This document shows, in pieces, positions 11,701 to 24,754 of a stretch of 64,000 nt of DNA. Under the pieces are notes generated by a model that saw nothing but the letters and a program-made list of their open reading frames with translations, was not told where the DNA came from and ran no database searches. Numbering within the stretch: the first letter of the stretch is position 1; every line of letters starts with the position of its first letter. A program made the position numbers and the translations under genes. Source of the stretch: Macrostomum lignano (taxonomy: Eukaryota); contig NIVC01000673.1 in the NCBI GenBank assembly GCA_002269645.1, positions 1 through 64,000 on the forward strand, in the 5' to 3' direction.

Positions 11701-14266
11701 TCGGTGTGCCCCCCCCAAAGACAGTCGGTGTGCCCCCCCCAAAGACAGTCGGTGTGCCCCCCCCAAAGACAGTCGGTGTGCCCCCCCCAAAGACAGTCGG
11801 TGTGCCCCCCCAAAGACAGTCGGTGTGCCCCCCCCAAAGACAGTCGGTGTGCCCCCCCCAAAGACAGTCGGTGTGCCCCCCCAAAGACAGTCGGTGTGCC
11901 CCCCCAAAGACAGTCGGTGTGCCCCCCCCAAAGACAGTCGGTGTGCCCCCCCCAAAGACAGTCGGTGTGCCCCCCCCAAAGACAGTCGGTGTGCCCCCCC
12001 CCAAAGACAGTCGGTGTGCCCCCCCCAAAGACAGTCGGTGTGCCCCCCCCAAAGACAGTCGGTGTGCCCCCCCCAAAGACAGTCGGTGTGCCCCCCCCAA
12101 AGACAGTCGGTGTGCCCCCCCCAAAGACAGTCGGTGTGCCCCCCCCAAAGACAGTCGGTGTGCCCCCCCAAAGACAGTCGGTGTGCCCCCCCAAAGACAG
12201 TCGGTGTGCCCCCCCCCCAAAGACAGTCGGTGTGCCCCCCCCCAAAGACAGTCGGTGTGCCCCCCCCAAAGACAGTCGGTGTGCCCCCCCCAAAGACAGT
12301 CGGTGTGCCCCCCCCCAAAGACAGTCGGTGTGCCCCCCCCCCCAAAGACAGTCGGTGTGCCCCCCCCAAAGACAGTCGGTGTGCCCCCCCCAAAGACAGT
12401 CGGTGTGCCCCCCCCCAAAGACAGTCGGTGTGCCCCCCCCCAAAGACAGTCGGTGTGCCCCCCCCAAAGACAGTCGGTGTGCCCCCCCCAAAGACAGTCG
12501 GTGTGCCCCCCCCCAAAGACAGTCGGTGTGCCCCCCCCCCAAAGACAGTCGGTGTGCCCCCCCCAAAGACAGTCGGTGTGCCCCCCCCAAAGACAGTCGG
12601 TGTGCCCCCCCCAAAGACAGTCGGTGTGCCCCCCCAAAGACAGTCGGTGTGCCCCCCCCAAAGACAGTCGGTGTGCCCCCCCCCCAAAGACAGTCGGTGT
12701 GCCCCCCCCCAAAGACAGTCGGTGTGCCCCCCCCAAAGACAGTCGGTGTGCCCCCCCAAAGACAGTCGGTGTGCCCCCCCCAAAGACAGTCGGTGTGCCC
12801 CCCCCAAAGACAGTCGGTGTGCCCCCCCCAAAGACAGTCGGTGTGCCCCCCCCCAAAGACAGTCGGTGTGCCCCCCCCAAAGACAGTCGGTGTGCCCCCC
12901 CAAAGACAGTCGGTGTGCCCCCCCCAAAGACAGTCGGTGTGCCCCCCCCAAAGACAGTCGGTGTGCCCCCCCAAAGACAGTCGGTGTGCCCCCCCCCAAA
13001 GACAGTCGGTGTGCCCCCCCCAAAGACAGTCGGTGTGCCCCCCCCAAAGACAGTCGGTGTGCCCCCCCAAAGACAGTCGGTGTGCCCCCCCCCCAAAGAC
13101 AGTCGGTGTGCCCCCCCCCAAAGACAGTCGGTGTGCCCCCCCCAAAGACAGTCGGTGTGCCCCCCCCAAAGACAGTCGGTGTGCCCCCCCCAAAGACAGT
13201 CGGTGTGCCCCCCCCAAAGACAGTCGGTGTGCCCCCCCCAAAGACAGTCGGTGTGCCCCCCCAAAGACAGTCGGTGTGCCCCCCCCAAAGACAGTCGGTG
13301 TGCCCCCCCCAAAGACAGTCGGTGTGCCCCCCCCAAAGACAGTCGGTGTGCCCCCCCCAAAGACAGTCGGTGTGCCCCCCCCAAAGACAGTCGGTGTGCC
13401 CCCCCCCAAAGACAGTCGGTGTGCCCCCCCCAAAGACAGTCGGTGTGCCCCCCCCAAAGACAGTCGGTGTGCCCCCCCCAAAGACAGTCGGTGTGCCCCC
13501 CCCAAAGACAGTCGGTGTGCCCCCCCCCAAAGACAGTCGGTGTGCCTCCCCCCCCAAAGACAGTCGGTGTGCCCCCCCCCAAAGACAGTCGGTGTGCCCC
13601 CCCCCCCAAAGACAGTCGGTGTGCCCCCCCCCCAAAGACAGTCGGTGTGCCCCCCCCCAAAGACAGTCGGTGTGCCCCCCCCTCAAAGACAGTCGGTGTG
13701 CCCCCCCCCAAAGACAGTCGGTGTGCCCCCCCCCAAAGACAGTCGGTGTGCCCCCCCCCAAAGACAGTCGGTGTGCCCCCCCCCCAAAGACAGTCGGTGT
13801 GCCCCCCCCAAAGACAGTCGGTGTGCCCCCCCCAAAGACAGTCGGTGTGCCCCCCCCAAAGACAGTCGGTGTGCCCCCCCCAAAGACAGTCGGTGTGCCC
13901 CCCCCAAAGACAGTCGGTGTGCCCCCCCCCAAAGACAGTCGGTGTGCCCCCCCAAAGACAGTCGGTGTGCCCCCCAAAGACAGTCGGTGTGCCCCCCCAA
14001 AGACAGTCGGTGTGCCCCCCCAAAGACAGTCGGTGTGCCCCCCCAAAGACAGTCGGTGTGCCCCCCCCCCCAAAGACAGTCGGTGTGCCCCCCCCCAAAG
14101 ACAGTCGGTGTGCCCCCCCCAAAGACAGTCGGTGTGCCCCCCCCCCAAAGACAGTCGGTGTGCCCCCCCCCAAAGACAGTCGGTGTGCCCCCCCCAAAGA
14201 CAGTCGGTGTGCCCCCCCCAAAGACAGTCGGTGTGCCCCCCCAAAGACAGTCGGTGTGCCCCCCCA
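8770..14266. repeat. ~5.5 kb minisatellite, unit AAAGACAGTCGGTGTG(C)6-11 (~23-27 bp)
   Basis: More than 200 tandem units; the unit has no stop codon in any frame, which explains the 1000-1850 aa ORFs on both strands. Confidence 0.99.
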
Positions 14267-14956
14267 ACACGCCAGTCGCCAATACACGCTCGTCATTTCA
14301 ATGAATTCGAAAGAGCTCCATATTTTATTTTCGATTAAATTCGCTCATGTCTATGATTGTAAATTGGGCGATTCAGGATAGATCTGATATAATATCTGTC
14401 TCTAGTGGTCAGATTTGGGGTTCCAGAAGTCCATGGCCAAGCCCTAGTCAGTTACTAGGGCCAGGCAGAGTCATTTATCACACTCAGAGAAGTTCGGGTT
14501 TTGGGGTTTTGGGAAAGGGGGAGATATGGAGGTTGAGGATGCGGTGGCGGTTGGGAAGTGGTCCTCGTGATGTGGAAAAATAAGTTAAAGAACAGCCACC
14601 ACAGGCCTCAGATTGGGGGCTCCGCGGCACCAACAACCCCCACCACCCCACCCCGTCTTTCTTCTTTTCCCTCTGTCCGATGCCACCCTCCGCTCGCTGT
14701 TTGGTGGGGGCCAATCCCAGACCGCGAGCGCACTGCAGTTGCGGTCTAAAAATAGCCCGGGCGGTCATCGGTACAAATTTAGCAGTCACCACCAAACGCT
14801 TTTCAAATCCAAGCGCAAGCCCCGAGAGCACCACTGACTGAATGAAGACATTGGTGCATGGCTCATGGTGTAGCAGCAGTTCGCTAAGCTTTTGTTTGTT
14901 CATTCTTATTATTTAAGCTAGAATAGAAAAAATAAAGGCCGCAAATCCAGCTTCCG

Positions 14957-17900
14957 ATGGCACCCAGAATGGCAGCGACAGCATCGACGAAGAGTAGCAG
15001 CCTCGGTTTCGGCGGGATCGACACGAACTCGCACGAGGAGGTTCTGATGCTGCTAGTGAAGGTGAACCTGTGCATGACCGCGCTGGCGCTGGGTGTCTTG
15101 CTGTTCCTGCTCGGCGGCAAGCTCCGGCGATGGCGCTCGTCAAGGGCCGACAGGCGAGCCGTCAACTTCAGCCGCCGCGGAGGCGACGGCGGCAGCTGGG
15201 AGAGCGTCGCCAAGAAGGCCGCGGGCAGCGGTTCGGAGCGGTGGAGGGCTTGGAGAGAACGTCTGGCTGCCACTGCTAGAACCTTCAGCAAGCAGGCCAA
15301 GAAGGAGAGAGACCTGGAGAGAGGTGAGTGCTCGTTTTCATTGACAAGTCGGGCGGTGATGGGTATTTTCAAGTTGCAGTAAAAGAAAGTCAAGTCTATG
15401 ACCTCTGAAGTCAGTCACTGAAGTAGTCCTTGAGTCAAGTATAAGTGTAAGTGTGAAGGTTGACCATCAGTCAAATTGCATGTAATTGGTTGTTCCTTAA
15501 GTTTAAGTCGGATATCGACTTAGTGTCGTAGTGCAGGATTTCAGATTTGGATAGATGAAAAATATTGTGTTATAGTTTTATTATCATTTTCCCTTTTCAA
15601 AGAAAAGCTAGAATTTTCAGACTTGATTTTAATTTCGAACGCATATAGCCCCCCCCCAGAGTTTAAAGAGTGCAAATGAAACCCTTGAAGTGGAAGCTGA
15701 TGTGGTGACGACACTTTTGAGTTGTAAAGTAATTTAAAGATCCGGTGAAACTTCACTCCACGCCCCTATATCTTCTATATACGAGGAGTATCTTCCTCGT
15801 TTAGAAAAAGAAAAAATGCTTTAGAGCGAAAGAGGAAATCAGGGGCAACGCGCAGGGGATATGCAGGCTGGGTGGGGATTGTTTTACTTTTATGCCTATC
15901 TGTGTGCTTTTTCAAAAGTAAGGATTTTTACGACGGTTTTGGTATGGTTTGGTTGGTTGACCAAATTTGGACTCTGGGGCAGCAGATTTTACAACCTTTT
16001 CCCTCCGGTTGTCACCCACAAGAATTCTCCTCATTCCCCAGTAGCAGCAGTCAGATGCTGTCTAATGCTGTCTTTTACACACATTTTTCTTCATCAAATT
16101 TGACACACTGGACAAAGTGACAAGGTTCTAAAAATGAGGATTACGAGACAATAATTATTAAGCTATAGTAGTTTCTGCTAGGCAAGGCAGCTAGGACTGA
16201 ACCACCATAGCAACCAGCTCATGTTCCCCCTGATACTTACCTCCGTCACCTCCAGTTGTAAACCTGTAACAGCTGTACAATTATATCTTAGATGTGATAT
16301 AACTTGGTTTCCATTCGCATGTTAACAGATTAAAATCTGCATTCAATCCCCGATGGAACAGTGCGCGACTTGCACTAAAGCAGCATATAGGAAAATTAAA
16401 GTTGCCTGGGCTCCAATGCGGATGCGATGCAATTTATCTTGCCTCCGGGGTCCTGCAGACAGAGCCAAGCAGAACCAAATTAGCTTTCATGTCGAGCTGA
16501 TAAATTACTAAAGCAAGCAGCAGCAGCAGGTCTCTGTCTGAGGGACCGAAAGCATTCTAAAGATATAATATTCCCAATTTCTCCACCCTGTGAAAAAACC
16601 CTAGGCCTAAAAATTCATATTTACCACATTCCGCTGGCGTTTCACTGCACGGCTCTCTCCCAATGGGATTTGCGCGGTGCCTGCGTTACAGAAGAAAATT
16701 GGGAGCTGCTGCTGCTGCTGGGCGCATGACAACCCAGACAGGGTGGGGGGTGGGGCGGCCTTGTGATTGAAGACTCGCATGCAGGCGAAACGCGCGCAGG
16801 CTGCAGGCCTCTTGGGGTCAGTGAGGACGCGGTTACTATACGCGAGTCGTTTCATATGCAAATTTCATCGTACTGGCATCAAGAATTGCACTGCACTTGA
16901 CTCTCTCTCTAACCCTGTCTATCTGAGTCCCAGTGTCTGCGTCAACACATGTACACCTGTCTCACTTTGTTTCCGCTTCTTTTCGCTGAATAATGATCAA
17001 TTGTGATAAGCATTGGTTTATCTGCATGCAGTCAGCTCACACCTACAACAGATTAAGGACTCCAGGTTTCACTCTCAGTCGCTGCAGCTTCCAGAAAGGC
17101 TATTTTTATATTCTCCATCATACTCCTCCATCCACTGTATTCAATTTCTGCTATAGAAAAGTGTTAGCCAAGTCAGAGTTAGCTAAATTGCTTGTAAGGC
17201 AATAAAACACGGTCCCCTATATAGATTGAATGCCGGGCTAGAGAGAGAGGCCTTTGTGAAGCCAGCGCAAGCAGCTGCACATAGCACATATTTGGTCATA
17301 ATAAGGTCGTCAGTCAGTCAGTCAGGCTTTCTGCTATTTGGTTAGTTAGCCATATCTTACGAGCTATATCGGGCTTCCCTTCCCAATGTCCAGCCCTTAT
17401 GTACACTCGTAGAAATGACTCGTTTGAGCTGCAGCTCAGCAGAGCAGATGTTGCAGCGCAGTGAGGCAGAGAAGCCAGCAGGACCCAGTTGCTGCACTGC
17501 TCTGTTTTTGGTAGTTTCGTTGGAGGGTGGTGGGGGCTTTTTGGGGCCATAAAACCTCCCCGCTGACCAGCTCCAAGCCCATGGCTATAGAATTTGGTCT
17601 TATGAGTGAGTTCTCAGAGCGGCAGTCAGTTGGCCTGGACCGCGCGCGGGCTGCAACGTTCTCACGCAGCCTCCGATGCGATGCAGGCGCGGGGGTGCCA
17701 GCGAGTTGGGTTGAACGATAAAAACATTTTGAATCTGCTGAAGCCTGCAGCTGGAGGTGGATGAGGTTGGAATAATTTTTTATGTTCTCGTGACTTTCCG
17801 CTATGGCTCAGGCACGCGCTATGCTATTGCAGGGAAAGCTAGGTTGCCATGAATTACCACCTAGAGGACTCAACTCAGACCATCTGACCATCTCATCTCA

Positions 17901-18640
17901 TAAGCAGAATCAAGTCATTAAACCTGTAAAGGATTAAGAAACCCCAACTCGCTGAATTTCATGCCCGTATTTTAGGCGTGATGAAATTGTGGGTTTTAGA
18001 AAAGCCATGATTTAATCATCGGAACCCAGTAACGCCATGTGATGTCGTGATGATAGTACTAAATTGTTCGTACAAAACAAATTTAACTAGGAGAGTAATA
18101 TTCAATTCGATCTCATTCTACACAGAGTTGTCCGACTTTGAAGCGTCACCTCTGCCAGCGGCCGCGTCAGCGCCGGCGACAAACGCACCCGCATCCGTGA
18201 CGCACTTTCACTGGTCGCCCGCGCCGGCCCGCGCAACAGCCATGGCAGCTTCGCCGCCGTCCCCTCCGCCATCGCCGATTATTGAGCATCATCACCATCA
18301 GCAGCAGCAACAGCAGCCGTTGTGGCAGCAACAGCGCCAACGAGCACCGCATCAGCGGCATCAACATCAGCTGTCAGCTGCTGGCACGGACACGGTCACA
18401 ACGTCCAGCTCGTCCGGAGGCAGCGTGCTCTCGCTGGGTGCCGCCTCGGCAGCTTCCTCGGCCGCTCTACTCACCTGCCGTTGCCTGAACGCGGACCTGC
18501 GGTTGCACAACACGCCGGCATCCAGCGAGTTCTCGCTGCCGGCGGCCGACCTGCAGCAGCCTGGACCGTCGCTACAGCACCCGACAACGCCACAGACGCC
18601 AATTAGCGGTGAAAGCGTCATCACCGACAGCAGCTGCTGA
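14957..18640 (+). CDS. Uncharacterised single-pass membrane protein, ~293 aa (exons 14957-15323 and 18126-18640)
   Basis: Exon 1 has a TM segment (LMLLVKVNLCMTALALGVLLFLLGG) followed by KLRRWR. Donor GAG|GTGAGT at 15324 is phase 1; acceptor TTCTACACAG|AG at 18125 restores frame (G+AG=Glu, then LSDFEASP). Exon 2 is GC-rich with His/Gln/Ser runs. Extra middle exons cannot be excluded. Confidence 0.72.
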
Positions 18641-19614
18641 TCCGGCGCAGCAACTTTGTAAATAGTTTCGTTTTGCTCATGATGAGATCTATTGATGTAT
18701 AGCTTAACTACATGCTGGATAAAGCAATTTCCAAGAACATGAGCCGTGATTGTAGGCCAAAACATTTTTGCTACCATGCGCTCGTATCACTACTTAGTCC
18801 CTTGAGAGTCATATAACTGAGAGAATTTAAGCTAGCTTTTGTATATCGTCCGATGAAGATGCACATGTAGATAATTTTAATTTAGAATTGTCTTCTTTAC
18901 GTTGTTAAAGACTTATTATTAAAGACATTTTCTAAACGTACATCACTTATTAAAGATTACTTTCTTATCACCAGTCTACTGTGCAATAGCAACAGTTTAT
19001 TTATTCACCTCTGCAATTCGAGGTCATGTCTCGAAATAGTCTACGAATGACACGTGCTTTTTCTTCTTAATGTCCAAGAAGCAGCTGACTTGCACCGCTC
19101 GACATCGGCACCTGGAGCTCAGGCTCACAGGGTACGACTCTGTACACATTTCATGGAAAAATGGAAAATCTATCCATTTACATGTACGCCACTGTTCCAT
19201 ATTTCTACATGCTTTTTAGTTGTTTTTGTTATTTTCTATTTTGAAAAGAAAAACGCGGACCCGGTCTATACTGAGAAATCACTTTAAATGCATATGCTGT
19301 CATTGAATTTTTTGTAAATATAGCGTGTAAAATGAGTCGAAGATTAAAATATTATGCTGCGACTAATATTACTTAATTGGCTTCATTGTTTACCTTATGG
19401 CCTTAAAAACCATTTAGCTACGAGTAATAACAGCGTGTTCAGATCCAAACGGAAGTTTTCGACAGGAGTAGGAACGTTTCAAAAAATGGGGGAGCCAGGT
19501 TCAGTGGCGGATTTCGGGGGCACACAGGGCGCACGCCCCCAGTCGAGTTAGATTTTTTAATATGGAAAATGCACATTTTTATGTACCGATTATTTTCAGA
19601 ATCCGTGTTGTCAG

Positions 19615-20787
19615 CACTCATTTTAGCGCCGCAGACACTCTTTTTAGCGCCACAGGAACTCATTTTAGCGCCCCAGGCACTCATTTTAGCGCCGCAGGCA
19701 CTCATCTTAGCGCCGCAGACACTCATTTTAGCGCCACAGGAACTCATTTTAGCGCCACAGGAACTCATTTTAGCGCCACAGGAACTCATTTTAGCGCCCC
19801 AGGAACTCATTTTAGCGCCGCAGGCACTCATTTTAGCGCCACAGGAACTCATTTTAGCGCCCCAGGCACTCATTTTAGCGCTGCAGGCACTCATCTTAGC
19901 GCCACAGGAACTCATTTTAGCGCCCCAGGCACTCATTTTAGCGCTGCAGGCACTCATTTTAGCGCCACAGGAACTCATTTTAGCGCCACAGGAACTCATT
20001 TTAGCGCCACAGGAACTCATTTTAGCGCCCCAGGAACTCATTTTAGCGCCGCAGGCACTCATTTTAGCGCCACAGGAACTCATTTTAGCGCCCCAGGCAC
20101 TCATTTTAGCGCTGCAGGCACTCATCTTAGCGCCACAGGAACTCATTTTAGCGCCCCAGGAACTCATTTTAGCGCTGCAGGCACTCATTTTAGCGCCACA
20201 GGAACTCATTTTAGCGCCCCAGGCACTCATTTTAGCGCCGCAGACACTCATTTTAGCGCCACAGGAACTCATTTTAGCGCCGCAGACACTTATTTTAGCG
20301 CCGCAGGCACTCATTTTAGCGCTGCAGGCACTCATCTTAGCGCCGCAGGCACTCATTTTAGCGCTGCAGGCACTCATTTAGCGCCGCAGGCACTCATTTT
20401 AGCGCCGCAGGCACTCATTTTAGCGCCCCAGGAACTCATTTTAGCGCTGCAGGCACTCATTTTAGCGCCACAGGAACTCATTTTAGCGCTGCAGGCACTC
20501 ATTTTAGCGCCACAGGAACTCATTTTAGCGCCCCAGGCACTCATTTTAGCGCCGCAGACACTCATTTTAGCGCCACAGGAACTCATTTTAGCGCCGCAGA
20601 CACTTATTTTAGCGCCGCAGGCACTCATTTTAGCGCTGCAGGCACTCATCTTAGCGCCGCAGGCACTCATTTTAGCGCTGCAGGCACTCATTTAGCGCCG
20701 CAGGCACTCATTTTAGCGCCGCAGGCACTCATTTTAGCGCCGCAGACACTCATTTTAGCGCCACAGGAACTCATCTTAGCGCCGCAG
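19615..20787. repeat. 21 bp minisatellite (CACTCATTTTAGCGCCGCAGG and variants), ~56 units
   Basis: 7-aa periodicity in all overlapping ORFs; direct reading of the units. Confidence 0.99.
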
Positions 20788-21629
20788 CCGCTTTTTTGTC
20801 GCCCTGCAGCAAAATGCATTCATGCAAAGCAGCAAAAAACAAAAAAAAGCGTATAAAGTAAGCAAAAAGTCTGCTGTTTACATTTAAAATGTGGATGGGC
20901 CAGATACCATTTCTGGGTCTTGGGGAGCAATTGACTCCACTGTCCCCCCGTTCGATCCTAAGTGTATGGTTTGCGAAAATGGTTGTTCACTAGCTATAGC
21001 TACTGTCACAGTCCTCATTGTGCGGAAAACAAAAGTTCCCTGTTTGCATACGTACACACGCGTGCACTTGGAGCCGAGAACTTTCATACCATTTAACAAA
21101 AGCAAAATGTACATATATACGAAAATGTACACGAGGCCCGGCGAGAATTCGTGTGCATCGACATCACGTGATATCATGACTAATCTACGAGCTACATTTA
21201 TATATAACCTTATACAGAATTAGCTTTAATAGTCATACTCTATTTTACAGCTTTACATAGCAAGTGTTAAAACTTAAACCCTTCTAAACTTCCCTAAAAA
21301 TTCACAAACGAGCCATTTAAATTTAGCAGAATTTATATTATATGCAAATTTACATAATTATGGCAGATGAAGGCTTACTACTGGCATGCCCCGAGCGACA
21401 GGTGCCACCGAACGTCGCTCAAATTCACAGTGTGGTTGCAGTGAGCCCACCGACTGGTGAGTCCTGTGTACATGTACCTGCGAATCCTCTGACGAATATG
21501 GTACTGTAAATGTACACTGGGATCTCACCTAACGCATCTCAAAACCCACTATCAAACTCAAACCAAAAGCCCAGAATCTCACATGGAATATATCCACAGT
21601 GGCAGTTGCAAATGCACATATTAGCTTTG

Positions 21630-22630
21630 GTTGGAGAATCTCACTCACTTGCGAATCTCACCAATGAGATCTCACTCACTTTAAAATCTCACACCAATAA
21701 GACCTTAATTACTTGAGAATCTCACACCAATAAAATCTCACTGACTTGAGAATCTCACACCAAAATCTTACTGCATCTCACATAAATGAAATCTCACTCA
21801 CTTAAAAATCTCACACCAATAAGACCTTAATTACTTGAGAATCTCACAACAATAAAGTCTCTCTGACTTGAGAATCTCACACCATTAAAATCTCTCTGAC
21901 TTAAGAATCTCACCAATGAGATCTCACACCAATGAGACCTTAATCACTTAGAATCTCACACCAATAAAATCTCTCTGACTTGAGAATCTCACACCAATGA
22001 AATCTCTGACTTGAGAATCTCACACTAATAGAATCTCTATGACTTGAGAATCTCACACCAATGAAACATCTGACTTGAGAATCTCACACCCATAAAATCC
22101 CTGACTTGAGAATCTCACACCAATAAAATCTCTCTGACTTGAGAATCTCACACCAATGAAATCTCTGACTTGAGAATCTCACACTAATAGAATCTCTATG
22201 ACTTGAGAATCTCACACCAATGAAATCTCACTGACTTGAGAATCTCACACCAATGAAATCTCTGACTTGAGAATCTCACACTAATAGAATCTCTATGACT
22301 TGAGAATCTCACACCAATGAAACATCTGACTTGAGAATCTCACACCCATAAAATCCCTGACTTGAGAATCTCACACCAATAAAATCTCTGACTTGAGAAT
22401 CTCACACCAATGAAATCTCTGACTTGAGAATCTCACACTAATAGAATCTCTATGACTTGAGAATCTCACACCAATGAAATATCTGACTTGAGAATCTCAC
22501 ACCCATAAATTCCCTGACTTGAGAATCTCACACAAATGAAATCTCTCTGACTTGAGAATCTCACACCAACATGAAATCTCTCTGACTTGAGAATCTCACA
22601 ACAATGAAATCTCACTCACTTGAGAATCCA
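21630..22630. repeat. 31-33 bp minisatellite with palindromic core TGAGAATCTCA and pentameric higher-order structure
   Basis: Constant GACTTGAGAATCTCACA plus 14-16 nt related variable parts recurring in order. Confidence 0.95.
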
Positions 22631-24159
22631 GCTCACACCCTTATAAATATGTCGATTGCTTAGGAATCCCACACCATTAGATAACAATCAATTGAATTGA
22701 GAACTTCACAGCATGTGATCTCGATCACTTAAGAATCTCAGCATTAGATCTCAATTCTTAACCCTTAAGAATCGCACACCATATGAGATTTATCTTCAGA
22801 TCTTTATAAAAGTTGTTAATGTTCAAAAGATCCCCAATCTTATTTTTAGTGCATTCAATCAGAATAGTATTTGTGGTGATATTATACATTAAAGTCAGTG
22901 CTATGACATTACATAGTTTTATATTCACATTAGCTAATGCATTGTAAAAATTATGCACTTTGTTTTGCAAGGGTTGCAAATGAACTTTGATCGCTGGAAA
23001 TTGTAATCATTGTTTGTTTAGTATTAAAATTCCATTAGCAGGAATTTTTATCCAATTAGCTAATTTAAATTTCGGGGCGGGGGGTGAGAGGTCCCACTGG
23101 AGCTGCGCCGCTATAGTTAATGATGATTAAATAATTAACGTTAAAAACCGAAGTTAATTAAATAGTATTAAAAAATCTATAAAGATAAAGATACGTTCGG
23201 GAATAAAGATTTAATTGGTCGAATCTTTCGTCTCGCTTTCATGGAGTTCTAGATCCAACATCTGGAGAGTAAACGACTACAGCTATGTGACCATGGGAAA
23301 TAACTAAATGATATAATATCGTTCAGATTCTTTCTTTACTATTTTCGATAATTATTCGTGGTTGTTGGTTATAAATTTCTTAATAAGCAGCTATGAATCA
23401 TTAAAAAATATCCCACTCCAGAGTTCTAGATTTAGAACGCCTGGTCTAAATAAATATCACGTGCGCAGATTTTCACTCTGCGTGTGGCGACATGCGGGAC
23501 GCATGGAGAGCCAAGTTAAGCTGAATTAAGCGAGCCAAGTCGTTAAAAATATATTAATTATGAGCTTATTAAGGATATTTGTGTTTACTTAATTTAAATA
23601 ACACTTTAGCTATATTTTTTACTAACAGAATGCCGGTGTACTTTCAAGTTTTCTTTTCTCTTGAAAATATTTGTTAATCCGCGGCACCACTGGACCCCAT
23701 GGCCTGGCCTATAAATAAAAACCCCTCGCCAGCCGAGCCGAGGGTTTCAGGAAGTTCCACGCGAAGCGTTCTCTACTTTGAGTTTGCTTTTGCAATCGTC
23801 ATCAGCCGAGCAATGCAACATAGCTTTAGCAATACACGGCGCACGATTGATAAGCTTCGACACGTGACCAAAAGGCCTTGCTTTTTAGTAAAAGGTTCGA
23901 AAGAGGTGGATTGAATAACAATATCTTTTACATGCTATATGAGAGAATAAATTTGTTGTCCAATGGGTAGCTGAATAGGGGTTTACAGTGTCTAGTATTT
24001 AGTCATCAATCTTTCAATTGGACCACCCTATTTACGGTCCCACATAGTTCTAACCGTCCTCCTTACCCTAGTCCCTAATGCAAAGCCCACCAACCTCAGC
24101 TTTTTTTATTTAGTCTTTCTTTTCTTTATTATCGATCAGTAGTGTACGATACGTAGTAG

Positions 24160-24600
24160 TGTACAGAAGAATGAAGTAAAAAGTGAGAGGGGGCAAGGGG
24201 CAGGCTGGCGTTGATAAAACTGGGGGGTGGGGTGTCCAGTTAAATTTTGTGTGAGGAGGAGGGAGGAGGGTCATATTATCTACGACCCCTCCCACATTGT
24301 ACACTGACGCCAACCCCAGATATTCGTAGTAAAGTCAAAAGCCAACCAGGCCCCAGGCCCTGGTCGTTCTAATTTTCTTAATCTAGCGTGCATTGAATTT
24401 TTATTCGGTGTACAGAAGAGTAAAGTCGAATGTGGGGTTACGGGGAGCTCTAAGAGATAATAAAATAGTGGGAGGGGAACCCCACCCTGTCTAGAAGGAG
24501 GCTGGCGGGTGAGAAAACTGGTGGCGGTTTGGTTTCAGAGGGAGGGAATAGGGACGCTATATATTAATCTGCAACCCCTCACCCCACACTGTACACTACT
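24160..24600. repeat. Diverged direct duplication (24160-24305 vs 24408-24600)
   Basis: Collinear shared blocks GTGTACAGAAGA, AGGCTGGCG..GA.AAAACTGG, ATATTA..ACCCCTC..CACA.TGTACACT. Confidence 0.55.
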
Positions 24601-24728
24601 GGCTGTACATTAGCAGTCCACACAAGATTTTAAATATTGTCGTTGTCTTTGTAATTAGCCATCCCGCCCCCCACCCCCGGTGGAGGGACTGACCAGGGAG
24701 GGACTTCTGGGACGGAGATAGTATTCCC

Positions 24729-24754
24729 CACAGATACTAAATACTAAATCTGTG
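24729..24754. mobile_element. 26 bp TIR-only DNA-transposon remnant with 8 bp TSD
   Basis: GTATTCCC | CACAGATACTAAATACTAAATCTGTG | GTATTCCC; termini CACAGAT/ATCTGTG. Confidence 0.7.

Noticed and set aside
8826-14381. ORFs of 1000-1850 aa on both strands (PPKDSRCA / GGHTDCLW)
   Set aside because: The repeat unit has no stop in any of six frames and C-run changes shuffle the frames; not a mucin or collagen-like gene.
16233-16242. ATACTTACCT, the U1 snRNA 5' end
   Set aside because: The following sequence has no U1 stem-loops or Sm site; it is just the complement of a donor consensus.
21630-22630. CRISPR-like array (palindromic constant part plus variable spacers)
   Set aside because: Spacers are only 14-16 nt, related to each other and recur periodically; no cas genes; eukaryotic context.
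22758-22766. TTAACCCTT piggyBac-like left end
   Set aside because: No matching AGGGTTAA nearby and no transposase remnant.
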